Shown here one piece after another: positions 30,834-40,689 of a stretch of 64,000 nucleotides of DNA (its first letter is position 1; every line of letters begins with the position of its first letter). The translations under genes and the position numbers were made by a program. Source of the DNA: a bacterium (GTDB lineage: Bacteria; Electryoneota; Electryoneia; Electryoneales; Electryoneaceae); assembly GCA_963675295.2 (NCBI GenBank), contig CAXXKJ010000002.1:3296001-3360000 (forward strand). The letters run 5' to 3'. Below the pieces are notes generated by a model that made no database searches, was not told the DNA's origin, and saw nothing but the letters and a program-made list of their open reading frames with translations.

Positions 30834-31928
30834 GTGGCCATGGCTACGATCAGGACTCGGAAGGCGAACGACGGCAAGGATACTTACCAGGCGATTGTCC
30901 GTAAAAAGGGATTTCGCACCGTATCCAAGACGTTTCAATCGCAAACCCAGGCGAAACGGTGGGCGAAGAAAACTGAAGTCGAAATGGATGAGGGACGGTA
31001 CTTCCGGAACGCGGAAGCGAAACGCCATACCGTAGGTGAGGTAATTGATCGCTACGTCGAGGAACGACTTCCCCATTTCAAAGACCAGGCCAAACCCAAA
31101 GTTCACCTTCGCTACTGGAACGAACGAATCGGTCACCTCGTGCTTGCCGATCTCAAGGCGTCCACAATCGTAGCTGAACGTGATCGACTTCTCCGGGATG
31201 ATAACCATCCAGGAGCGCGTCTCAACCGCAAATTCGGACCCGCAACCGCGAACCGTTACACGACCTCGCTCCAGCGAGTCCTTGCCGTATGTGCCCGTGA
31301 CTGGGAATACCTTGAACGTTCTCCGATGCTCGGATTTCGGAAGTTGAAGGAATCTCGCGGACGTGTTCGCTTCCTCAGCGACGAGGAGCGCGAACGCTTG
31401 CTCTCTGCCTGCGAACGAAGCAGTAATCCTGATCTGCTCCTCGGTGTGCTGCTGTCGTTGTCCACTGGCGCACGTAAGAGTGAAATCCAGAACCTCCGCT
31501 GGCCTCAGATCGATCTGGCGAACCACAAGATCGTGCTGGAGGACACTAAGAACGACGAACGTCGAATCCTGCCCATCTTCGGCAGAGCGTACGATATACT
31601 GGTGGAACGATCCATGACGCAACGGCGTCTTGATACTGACCTTCTCTTCCCCGGTCGCAACAATCCAACCGTTTCGCAAGACCTTACTCGGCCATGGCAA
31701 CGTGCCATCAAGGAAGCCGAGATTGAAAATTTCCGCTGGCATGACCTCCGTCATTCCGCTGCCAGCTACCTCGCCATGTCAGGTGCAACTCCGACGGATA
31801 TTGCTCACATCCTAGGACACAAAACGCTTCAGATGGTCAAGAGATACGCACATCTAAGCGAGTCACATACCGCCAAACTAGTTCAAAACATGAATAGAAA
31901 ATACATCGGAGGTTCCAGTGGAAGATAG
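30834..31928 (+). CDS. Tyrosine recombinase/integrase
   Basis: TGARKSEI (R), WHDLRH (HxxR), LGHKTLQMVKRY (H, Y). Confidence 0.95.
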   Translation: MAMATIRTRKANDGKDTYQAIVRKKGFRTVSKTFQSQTQAKRWAKKTEVEMDEGRYFRNAEAKRHTVGEVIDRYVEERLPHFKDQAKPKVHLRYWNERIGHLVLADLKASTIVAERDRLLRDDNHPGARLNRKFGPATANRYTTSLQRVLAVCARDWEYLERSPMLGFRKLKESRGRVRFLSDEERERLLSACERSSNPDLLLGVLLSLSTGARKSEIQNLRWPQIDLANHKIVLEDTKNDERRILPIFGRAYDILVERSMTQRRLDTDLLFPGRNNPTVSQDLTRPWQRAIKEAEIENFRWHDLRHSAASYLAMSGATPTDIAHILGHKTLQMVKRYAHLSESHTAKLVQNMNRKYIGGSSGR

Positions 31929-32637
31929 AGAGACAAAAAGAAGGAAGGAGTACGAAATAGCGAAATGGAAATACGAACTATATCAGAAAGGACATCTTAT
32001 TACGGTTTCATCAGCAACCAATGCTGATCTTACATATCCTTGGGCAAAAGAGGAGCTATTAAAACAACTGATTGTTCTAGAGGCCTACAACCGCGAATCG
32101 AACGAACCAACAGGAATTTCCTACCCAAGTGCAGGACCATACACAGTGGATGATGAGAACTCTCTTTGGGCATATCAAAAACTCCATGAAATCTTGAAGT
32201 TGGAAAAACTCGTTTCTGAACTATTCAGTGATGAGGAGGAACAACCAAGTATATTTGATGCGATTTTCGTGAAGAAAACAGGTGATAAACTTGTATACAC
32301 TATCCGTACTGCGCACCAGTATCGTGAGAAATACTCAGAGCGAGGGAAAGATAAGGATGACTACGGTCCGTACCCGGACATGTTCATCGAATACATAGAG
32401 GAAACATGGGCTCAAGAAGTGGAAAGGTGCGGATATACCTTCACGAAACTGGGACGGTTAGCAGATGATTTCCACACTGACCACGAACACGACCCCAGAT
32501 TCAAGTGGAGTAAGGACACTGTAAAAAACTGGGCTATTGAAAGGGCACAACAAGGACTTCTGTTCATCGAGCCTTACGCTGTCAGGCCTGGTCAACCACG
32601 TAGTATCGAAGATTGCAACTCAAAGGCAAACGAGTAG
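31918..32637 (+). CDS. Hypothetical protein
   Basis: 239-aa AT-richer ORF overlapping the integrase end; GGAGG upstream. Confidence 0.6.
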   Translation: MEDRETKRRKEYEIAKWKYELYQKGHLITVSSATNADLTYPWAKEELLKQLIVLEAYNRESNEPTGISYPSAGPYTVDDENSLWAYQKLHEILKLEKLVSELFSDEEEQPSIFDAIFVKKTGDKLVYTIRTAHQYREKYSERGKDKDDYGPYPDMFIEYIEETWAQEVERCGYTFTKLGRLADDFHTDHEHDPRFKWSKDTVKNWAIERAQQGLLFIEPYAVRPGQPRSIEDCNSKANE

Positions 32638-32748
32638 ATTTCAAACTTGGTCAACCTTTGTAAGCTAGCACGCATTTGTTGTTTTAGAGGATCCCACCGT
32701 ATTCTACCGCTGCGTTCGATCCACGAGAAACCAAGCAGCGGAGACACC

Positions 32749-32949
32749 ATGACTACCAACACTCGCCGATTGCTCACAGTCAAGCAAGCCGTAGATGCTG
32801 GCCTCTACCCAAACGTGGGTGGCCTTCGATACCTGCTATTCAATGCAAAACAGAACGGCCTAGAACGTGCCGTTCGAAAGATCGGTCGAAGGACGCTCAT
32901 TGATGAACAAGCATTTTTCGAATGGGTGGATTCACAACCTAAGGTTTAA
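32749..32949 (+). CDS. Excisionase/AlpA-like small DNA-binding protein
   Basis: LLTVKQ...GLRYLLF...RKIGRRTLIDEQAFFEWV winged-helix pattern; GGAG RBS. Confidence 0.75.
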   Translation: MTTNTRRLLTVKQAVDAGLYPNVGGLRYLLFNAKQNGLERAVRKIGRRTLIDEQAFFEWVDSQPKV

Positions 32950-33066
32950 AGGCAATACATGTAGTTCAACTTTTACTACACATATTCACATGATAATTGC
33001 TACAGTTACTAGTCTTATTGAGTAAGTAATCTCTCCAAATTCTAGTATCTGGAAAGGATAGCTGGA

Positions 33067-33342
33067 ATGAGTGATCAAGTACCAGACCGGCTAGGTCCTA
33101 GCCTCCTAGCTGGATTCCGAACCGGCCACCAAGACAGGGTCGCCTTAGTCTTTGACAACCACAAGGGGATGGTTGCTTGGCATCTACGGCACTGTTTCTA
33201 CCGGGAAGGTATTTGGATCATGACGCACCGAGGAATCTGCGTCCACTTGAGTAAGGCTGAAGAATTCAGAGAATTGGTTGCCGTCCTCCAGAACCACTTG
33301 GACGCCACTCTTGAATCGGAGGTGAACCTGGAGCATGACTAA
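33067..33342 (+). CDS. Small protein, possibly PC4/YdbC-like ssDNA-binding
   Basis: FDNHKG...HLRH.FY..G.W..THRGICV resembles the PC4 pattern (FKG...DIR..Y...W.PT.KGIS); divergent. Confidence 0.45.
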   Translation: MSDQVPDRLGPSLLAGFRTGHQDRVALVFDNHKGMVAWHLRHCFYREGIWIMTHRGICVHLSKAEEFRELVAVLQNHLDATLESEVNLEHD

Positions 33343-35710
33343 CTCTCCACTCGAGACATTTGTGCGAGCACTCGAAGCACATAACCGTAAACCTAGACTG
33401 AAACCCGATGGCTCCGGAACGGCACTTTGCCCGGCCCATGACGACAAAAACCCTTCACTCTCCTTCCGAGCTGCCGATGATGGAACGCTCCTCGCCAAGT
33501 GCCACGCAGGCGACTCGTTTGAAGCCGTGCTCGCCTCCGTGGGTATGGATATGAAAGACGCGTTTCCAGCACACAAGCGAAACGGAAACGTCAGCGAGAT
33601 CATTCGAATCGTCTGGGAGTATGTCTACAGAGATCGAGATGGGGGTGTGCTGGCCACGAAACGAAAGTTTTCTAACGGGTCGTACATGTGGCTACGAGAT
33701 GGTAGCCCTGGGTTATCCGGTCTCAAGCTTACAATGTACAACCTGCATTTGCTCGCTCAACGTCCGGATGATGTGGTTTTTATCGTCGAAGGCGAAAAAG
33801 ACTGTGATACACTTACGGCAAGGGGATTTTTGGCTGTTTGTAGCCCAAACGGTGCTGACGATGCCAAGCGTGAAGAATGGCTGAACGAGATACGGTCGGT
33901 CTTGCGCGGACGGGACGTAGTCGTGTTGTGTGACAACGATAGTTCTGGCTTCGAATACCAGAAAAGGATCGCCTCCGCTCTTTACGGTGTTTCGAATTCA
34001 GTGCGCCTCGTTCCGCCATTTCCCCATGTCGGAGAAAAGGGTGATGTAACCGATTGGCTGCAACAGCAGCTGCTGGGTGGAGTTGCAATCGCTGACGCCA
34101 TCGAGATTTTGGACTCGATGTTTCGTCGAGCTGCTGATTTTAATCCTGAGGTTGAACCAACCTGGAGTCTCAGCAAATCAAGTGACAGAAGTGACAAAAC
34201 CCTCCACCAACTCGAAGACCATGAACAGTGGTCTGAACCAGTACCTCTCGATGCGTTCGATCTGCCTCAGTGGCACAGTAACCTGATCCCGGAACCTGTG
34301 GGAACTCTCGTAAGCGAGCTCGCAATAAACACAGAAACCCCCATCGAGCTCGCTTCATTAACGGCACTCGCTGTGGTCTCGACCACCATCCAAGGCAAAT
34401 ACTCGTTGCATGTTGAAGGCGACTACCAAGAAGAACTGGCACTCTGGATCCTTGTGGCTCTTCCGCCTGCCGAGAGAAAAACTGTCGTTCTGAACGGTCT
34501 CATTTATCCGTTGGACATGTGGCAAGAAGACCAAGCAGACAAGCTTCAGTCCGGGATCAAGCGTTTAACCAGCTTGAGAGCGACAGCTGAAGCTTCGATC
34601 AGGAAAAATCGGCAGCATGTTGCCACGATAAAAGATCCTGAAAAACGAAAAATGGTTGCTGAAGAGATTGCTGATGAAGAAGCGAACCTACCAGAGATCC
34701 CGAGATTACCACGCTTGACAACCTGCGATTTCACACCAGAAAAACTCGGTCCTCTCATGGCAGAGAATCATGAGCGAATGGCTGTGTTCTCTGATGAGGC
34801 TGGGGTGTTCAGCAATCTAGCTGGCCGCTATGACAAGGGCCGTGTGAACCTGGACCTTGTGAATAAGGCGTACTACGGGAGCAGTTACCAGTCCGACAGA
34901 ATCAGCCGTGATCACGTTCAATTGCGTCATCCAGTTCTCTCAATCGGACTGACTGTCCAACCTGATGCTTTGCTATCTATGCCCGAGAAGGATCGTTTTC
35001 GTGGTCAGGGCCTTCTCGGTCGTTTTTTGTTGGCAGTCCCAGTCCCGAAGGTCGGAAGCCGCAAACATGACGTTAGCAATGGTATTCCTGAATCTGTCCG
35101 ATCTCGGTACACTGCCGCTTTGCTGACGCTGCTTGATGATGAAGGAGATTTGGACAAGAATGGACGTTATCGGAAACGTCAACTCACACTCTCTTCAGAC
35201 GCTCATGCAGTCTGGAAACAGTTCCAACGTGAACTTGAACCACGCATGGCAGAGGGTAGCGAGTTGGAAAATATGCGCGACTGGGGCGGGAAGTTGCCTG
35301 GCACTGTAGCCCGGATAGCGGCCATCTTTCACGCAATCAGGAATTCCAGTTCCACACCGCTACCGCCCGTCATCCAAGAAGCTGATATGCAGGCTGCCGT
35401 TTGCATGGGCCAGCTGCTGATCCCTCATGCCCAGAAGGCATTTGATCTCATGCACGCAGATCCCGTGCGTGAGGATGCACGGCGTCTTCACGACTGGATT
35501 ATGCGAAACAGAGTCACGTCGTTTACCGTCAGGGATGCTCAACGCTCAAACTCTAACCACTTCAAGCGTGTGAAGGACGTTCAACGCGCTCTCGAACTGT
35601 TGGATGAGTACGGCTACACTCAGAAGCTGGGTCCGGTTGAATCTGGCCCTTCTGGTGGTCGCCCAACTGTTCTCTACCAGACCAATCCTCTGATTCTTCC
35701 TTCCGAGTAG
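33335..35710 (+). CDS. Zn-finger/TOPRIM primase fused to a DUF3987 (YfjI-like) domain; element replicase
   Basis: CPAHDDKNPSL..CHAG, VEGEKD, CDND; C-terminal PPAERKT, TPEKL, SDEAG, LTVQP, GLLGRFL. Confidence 0.82.
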   Translation: MTNSPLETFVRALEAHNRKPRLKPDGSGTALCPAHDDKNPSLSFRAADDGTLLAKCHAGDSFEAVLASVGMDMKDAFPAHKRNGNVSEIIRIVWEYVYRDRDGGVLATKRKFSNGSYMWLRDGSPGLSGLKLTMYNLHLLAQRPDDVVFIVEGEKDCDTLTARGFLAVCSPNGADDAKREEWLNEIRSVLRGRDVVVLCDNDSSGFEYQKRIASALYGVSNSVRLVPPFPHVGEKGDVTDWLQQQLLGGVAIADAIEILDSMFRRAADFNPEVEPTWSLSKSSDRSDKTLHQLEDHEQWSEPVPLDAFDLPQWHSNLIPEPVGTLVSELAINTETPIELASLTALAVVSTTIQGKYSLHVEGDYQEELALWILVALPPAERKTVVLNGLIYPLDMWQEDQADKLQSGIKRLTSLRATAEASIRKNRQHVATIKDPEKRKMVAEEIADEEANLPEIPRLPRLTTCDFTPEKLGPLMAENHERMAVFSDEAGVFSNLAGRYDKGRVNLDLVNKAYYGSSYQSDRISRDHVQLRHPVLSIGLTVQPDALLSMPEKDRFRGQGLLGRFLLAVPVPKVGSRKHDVSNGIPESVRSRYTAALLTLLDDEGDLDKNGRYRKRQLTLSSDAHAVWKQFQRELEPRMAEGSELENMRDWGGKLPGTVARIAAIFHAIRNSSSTPLPPVIQEADMQAAVCMGQLLIPHAQKAFDLMHADPVREDARRLHDWIMRNRVTSFTVRDAQRSNSNHFKRVKDVQRALELLDEYGYTQKLGPVESGPSGGRPTVLYQTNPLILPSE

Positions 35711-35732
35711 GTTTTGTCACTTCTGTCACTTG
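34179..35732. repeat. Perfect 23-bp inverted repeat pair (34179-34201 and 35710-35732)
   Basis: CAAGTGACAGAAGTGACAAAACC and its exact reverse complement GGTTTTGTCACTTCTGTCACTTG. Confidence 0.9.
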
Positions 35733-35905
35733 TTTTCCCGCAGTGTTCTCTCTCGATTGCCTACACTAGCTTATGCAGGCTCGCCTGAATGCTGGTTCCC
35801 GCTAAGCATTGCGATCAGGTGTGGTCAGTTGTCAGAACTGGATTGTAGCCACTCGAATCACTACTTTCATGTCCATCGTACCGAGTCGATTGAGGGACGG
35901 TCTCC

Positions 35906-38299
35906 ATGTTGGACAAGAAGTCCTTGAGTGAACGCGACATCTGCTCGAAGTACATCCTCCCCGCGATCCTTCAGGCCGGTTGGGATAGCGCTTCGCAGGT
36001 TCGAGAAGAGTTCACGTTCACTGCTGGCAAGATCATTGTCCGTGGAGACAAGGCAAAACGTGGTCCGACGAAGCGAGCAGACTACGTCCTTTACCACAAA
36101 CCCAACATCCCAATCGCTGTCATCGAAGCCAAGGACAACAACCACTCCCTCGGCGACGGGATGCAGCAGGCACTGGAATACGCCAGATCACTCGACGTTC
36201 CCTTCGTGTTCAGCTCCAACGGTGATGGTTTCCTATTCCATGACAAGACCAACTCGACCGGCACCATCGAGACCGAACTCACCTTGGACGAATTCCCCTC
36301 CCCACAGGAGTTGTGGAAACGCTATCGTGTTTTCAAGGAGCTTTCTGACGAGAACGAGGAGATCTATACCCACGAGTATTACTCCGATCCGGATGGAAAG
36401 ACTCCACGTTACTACCAGCATATCGCCATCAATCGCACCGTAGAGGCCGTAGCCAAGGGACAAAACCGCGCCCTGTTGGTCATGGCAACCGGCACAGGTA
36501 AAACGTTTGTAGCCTTCCAGATCATCTGGCGTTTGTGGAAATCGGGTGCAAAGAAGCGCATTCTCTTCCTCGCTGACCGTGACGTACTGATCAAACAGAC
36601 GCAGATCAATGACTTCAAGCCGTTCAAATCGGCAATGACGCGCATCCAGCACCGTCAGATCGATAAGTCCTATGAAATCTACCTGACGCTCTACCAATCA
36701 GTCACCGGCAATGAAGACAACATGAACATCTTCAAGCAGTTTTCGCCGGGATTCTTCGACCTGATTGTTGTTGACGAATGCCACCGTGGTAGCGTCGAAG
36801 TGGATTCGCAATGGCGAGCGGTTCTGGACTACTTCAGCGAAGCGACACACATCGGCCTGACAGCCACCCCCAAAGAAACCAAGACCGTCTCAAACATCGA
36901 TTACTTTGGCGAACCAGTCTACACCTACTCGTTGAAGGAAGGGATCGAGGACGGCTTCCTTGCCCCTTACAAAGTCATCCGTATCGATATCGACAAAGAT
37001 CTGGAAGGATGGCGTCCTGAGGAAGGCAAGCAGGACAAGTATGGGAAAACGATCAAGGACCGGATTTACAACCAGAAGGATTTCGACCGCAATATCGTGC
37101 TCGAGCAACGCACCGAGCTGGTTGCGGCACGTGTCACCGAATTCCTTCAGAAAACTGATCCATACAGCAAAACCATCATCTTCTGTGAGGACATCGACCA
37201 CGCTGAACGCATGCGTCAGATGCTGGTCAACATGAACCCGGAGGAAGTTCAGAAGAACGACAAGTACGTCATGCGCATCACAGGTGACAGCCCCGAAGGA
37301 AAAGCAGAGCTGGATAATTTTATCGATCCGGAACAACGCTACCCTGTGATTGCCACCACATCGAAGCTGATGTCTACTGGTGTCGATGCTCAGACCTGCA
37401 AACTGATCGTGCTCGATCAGACCATCAATTCCATGACCGAGTTCAAGCAGATCATCGGACGCGGTACTCGCATCAAGGAAGAATACAAGAAGCTGTTCTT
37501 CACCATCATGGACTTCAAAAAGGCGACCGAGTTGTTTGCTGATCCTGCCTTTGACGGTCCGCCAATTCAGATCTACGAACCCGGAGACGATGACTCTGTC
37601 GTCCCACCGGAACCTGACGATGACACTGAGTTGGATGAAGCTGAAGACGGACCCGGATTCGATGACTTTCCAGAGGATGAAGAGGGTGAAGAACCTGGAG
37701 AAGGTGAATACGAAGAAGCGGAGAAACGGAAGAAGAAGCTGAAGTACTACGTGGATGATGTGCCTGTTCAGGTTATCGGAGAACGGGTTCAGTATTACGG
37801 CCATGACGGCAAACTGATTACCGAGTCTCTCAAGGACTACACGAAAAAGCGCGTCTCCAAGGAATTCACCACACTGGATGACTTTCTGCAGAACTGGACC
37901 GAAGCGGAGAAAAAAGCCGCCATCCTGGACGAACTCGAGGAGCGCGGTGTTCTGCTGGAAGCCTTAGCCGAAGAAGTAGGGCGGGATTACGATCCCTTTG
38001 ATCTGATCTGCCATGTTGCCTTCGGACAGCCACCCTTGACACGTGCCGAACGGGCGAATAACGTTCGCAAGCGGAACTACTTCGGCAAGTTCAGCGACAC
38101 CGCTCGTGCTGTACTGGAAGCCCTTCTCGACAAGTACGCGGACGAAGGAATCGTGAACATCGAAGACATCAACGTACTTCGAGTTCAACCGCTGGATAGC
38201 CTTGGCACGCCTGTAGAATTGATTTCAGCATTCGGTTCTCGTGACGACTACCTGAGCGCCGTGCGGGAGTTGGAAGAAGAGTTGTATAAAGCTGCATGA
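35906..38299 (+). CDS. hsdR: Type I restriction enzyme R subunit (EcoAI/EcoEI-like)
   Basis: ADYVL...IEAKD nuclease motif, MATGTGKT, DECHRG, QIIGRGTR; EcoEI-type C-terminal region. Confidence 0.93.
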   Translation: MLDKKSLSERDICSKYILPAILQAGWDSASQVREEFTFTAGKIIVRGDKAKRGPTKRADYVLYHKPNIPIAVIEAKDNNHSLGDGMQQALEYARSLDVPFVFSSNGDGFLFHDKTNSTGTIETELTLDEFPSPQELWKRYRVFKELSDENEEIYTHEYYSDPDGKTPRYYQHIAINRTVEAVAKGQNRALLVMATGTGKTFVAFQIIWRLWKSGAKKRILFLADRDVLIKQTQINDFKPFKSAMTRIQHRQIDKSYEIYLTLYQSVTGNEDNMNIFKQFSPGFFDLIVVDECHRGSVEVDSQWRAVLDYFSEATHIGLTATPKETKTVSNIDYFGEPVYTYSLKEGIEDGFLAPYKVIRIDIDKDLEGWRPEEGKQDKYGKTIKDRIYNQKDFDRNIVLEQRTELVAARVTEFLQKTDPYSKTIIFCEDIDHAERMRQMLVNMNPEEVQKNDKYVMRITGDSPEGKAELDNFIDPEQRYPVIATTSKLMSTGVDAQTCKLIVLDQTINSMTEFKQIIGRGTRIKEEYKKLFFTIMDFKKATELFADPAFDGPPIQIYEPGDDDSVVPPEPDDDTELDEAEDGPGFDDFPEDEEGEEPGEGEYEEAEKRKKKLKYYVDDVPVQVIGERVQYYGHDGKLITESLKDYTKKRVSKEFTTLDDFLQNWTEAEKKAAILDELEERGVLLEALAEEVGRDYDPFDLICHVAFGQPPLTRAERANNVRKRNYFGKFSDTARAVLEALLDKYADEGIVNIEDINVLRVQPLDSLGTPVELISAFGSRDDYLSAVRELEEELYKAA

Positions 38300-38317
38300 C
38301 TTGAGGTTTGTATAAAG

Positions 38318-39220
38318 ATGGATTTCTCGAAAACAATTCAGAAATGGGGCTTTGGCATGGCTCCTATTTCTCTAAACATGCGCCGCAGATACGATGATGC
38401 AATCCAACACTTATCTGACATACTAAATAAGTCGATTACAATTGAGGAAGTGAATCCTGACCTGTTAAGTGAATTTAAAGGGATGGTCAACAGATGCATA
38501 CGCGAAGACCAATGGGATTGGTTTTCAGTTCATGCTGAGTTTGGTCATCCTCCCAAATCGCAGCTTAAGCGAATAATACCTTGCGTTATATCACTTCGCA
38601 AATCTTCTCTTTCCAACTCCTTAAGCGATTTCAATCAACAATTGCTCCTTCTCATCAACCAGGGGGTGCTGCAAATAATCCATGTTTATCAAGAGGATCT
38701 CAAGAATCAGATCTATTCGGAAGGAGCAGGTTGGATCTACGTACTTTCTCAAAGGGAAAACCCAAAGATTCTTAAGATTGGAAAGACTGATCGATCAGTT
38801 AGCCAGCGTGTTCGTGAGATAAACTCAGCCACGGGCGTTCTGATCCCCTGGGCTGCAAGACGAGTCTACCGTGTTAAAAACGCAAAAGCAGCTGAAGCAT
38901 CTATTCATCAGCTTCTATCGGAGTATCGTGTTAGATCCGACAGGGAGTTTTTTAACTTGGATTTCTTTGTTGCTGATGAGGTTATTACGAATTTTATCAT
39001 TTCAGAAAACATGTCAGATCGAGCACATGGAAAAGTAATATACTACAATAAAGATAAAGGTTACGGTTTTATAGAATGTGATAATTATAAGGATGTTTTT
39101 TTCCATTGTTCAGAAGTCTTAAAAGAAGATAAGAGGTTTATGGATCAAGGAAAAAACGTGTCTTTTCTTCTTGGAAAACGACCTCAAGGCCCTTGTGCTG
39201 TTGACATAAAGATAATTTGA
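38318..39220 (+). CDS. GIY-YIG (T5orf172-like) nuclease-domain protein with a C-terminal cold-shock domain
   Basis: GWIYVL...LKIGKT.RSV.QRV.EI...E..IH..L..YR...REFF; then KGYGFI (RNP1) and VFFH (RNP2). Confidence 0.8.
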   Translation: MDFSKTIQKWGFGMAPISLNMRRRYDDAIQHLSDILNKSITIEEVNPDLLSEFKGMVNRCIREDQWDWFSVHAEFGHPPKSQLKRIIPCVISLRKSSLSNSLSDFNQQLLLLINQGVLQIIHVYQEDLKNQIYSEGAGWIYVLSQRENPKILKIGKTDRSVSQRVREINSATGVLIPWAARRVYRVKNAKAAEASIHQLLSEYRVRSDREFFNLDFFVADEVITNFIISENMSDRAHGKVIYYNKDKGYGFIECDNYKDVFFHCSEVLKEDKRFMDQGKNVSFLLGKRPQGPCAVDIKII

Positions 39221-39234
39221 AAGGCAAAGCTGAC

Positions 39235-40689
39235 ATGGCCGTAGGCACAACCATCAAGTCCATCCAGGACATCATGCGCAAGGACGTTGGCGTCGATGGT
39301 GACGCACAACGCATTTCCCAGCTCGGCTGGTTGCTTTTCCTAAAAATCTTCGATGACAGTGAAAGCGAGTGGGAGATTCTTGAAGAGGATTACCACTCCC
39401 CCCTGCCTGAACATCTGCGCTGGCGAAATTGGGCTGCGGACCAGGAAGGGATCACCGGTGACGAACTTCTGAACTTTGTCAATAACGATCTGTTTCCCGC
39501 GCTGAAGTCCCTTCCCATCGAGGCCAATGGCAGCAAACGCAAAAACGTCATTCGCAGTCTGTTCGAAGACGCTTACAACTACATGAAGAACGGTACCCTG
39601 CTCCGTCAGGTAATCAACCGGATCGAATCAGACATCGATTTCAACACCAGGCAAGACCGTCACCTCTTCGGTGAGATCTACGAGAAGATCCTCAAAGACC
39701 TGCAGAGCGCGGGCAATGCCGGCGAGTATTACACACCTCGTGCTGTAACCAAATTTATTGTGGATCGTGTCGATCCCAAACTGGATGAAACTGTGTTTGA
39801 CCCAGCTTGTGGGACAGGTGGCTTCCTCGCCAACACCATCGACCATAAGAAAGAGCGCTACGTCAATACCGCCGAAGATGAAGAGGTCATGCAGGCGTCT
39901 ATACACGGCGTAGAGAAGAAGCCGCTCCCGCATATGCTGTGTACGACCAACATGATGCTGCATGGCATTGATGTTCCCCATCAGATCAAGCGTGACAACA
40001 CTCTTGCTCGACCGTTGCGGGATTATACGGCAAAAGATCGCGTAGACGTAATCGTCACCAATCCACCCTTTGGTGGGATGGAAGAGGACGGCATCGAAGC
40101 CAACTTCCCAACCGCCTTCCGTACACGTGAAACTGCGGATCTGTTCCTTGTATTGATCATGCAGTTGCTTCACCCTGGTGGCCGTGCTGCCTTGGTTCTT
40201 CCCGATGGCACGCTGTTCGGCGAAGGTGTGAAGACCCGGATCAAGGAAAAGCTGCTTCAGGAATGCAACCTGCACACGATTGTTCGCTTGCCCAATGGTG
40301 TTTTCAATCCGTACACCGGCATCAAGACCAACCTGTTGTTCTTCACCAAAGGGGAACCGACGAAGGAAGTCTGGTACTACGAACACCCCTACCCACCTGG
40401 GTATAAATCATACAATAAGACCAAGCCTATTCGCTTCGAAGATTTCAAGCCTGAACAGGAATGGTGGGACAAACGCGAGGAAAGTGAATTCGCATGGCGT
40501 GTGCCGGTGGAAGACATCATTTCCAACGGTTATAACCTTGACATCAAGAATCCGAACAGCATCGATGACGGTCCCGGTGATCCGGACACATTGCTGAAGC
40601 AGTTCCAGGAGATTCAGGGTCAAGTCGATGAGACGCGCAATGCGCTGAAGCAGGAACTGGTGTCTGCCTTGGGAGGTGACAAGGCATGA
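39235..40689 (+). CDS. hsdM: Type I R-M methyltransferase subunit (m6A)
   Basis: GEYYTPR, FDPACGTGGFL, NPPFGG. Confidence 0.95.
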   Translation: MAVGTTIKSIQDIMRKDVGVDGDAQRISQLGWLLFLKIFDDSESEWEILEEDYHSPLPEHLRWRNWAADQEGITGDELLNFVNNDLFPALKSLPIEANGSKRKNVIRSLFEDAYNYMKNGTLLRQVINRIESDIDFNTRQDRHLFGEIYEKILKDLQSAGNAGEYYTPRAVTKFIVDRVDPKLDETVFDPACGTGGFLANTIDHKKERYVNTAEDEEVMQASIHGVEKKPLPHMLCTTNMMLHGIDVPHQIKRDNTLARPLRDYTAKDRVDVIVTNPPFGGMEEDGIEANFPTAFRTRETADLFLVLIMQLLHPGGRAALVLPDGTLFGEGVKTRIKEKLLQECNLHTIVRLPNGVFNPYTGIKTNLLFFTKGEPTKEVWYYEHPYPPGYKSYNKTKPIRFEDFKPEQEWWDKREESEFAWRVPVEDIISNGYNLDIKNPNSIDDGPGDPDTLLKQFQEIQGQVDETRNALKQELVSALGGDKA

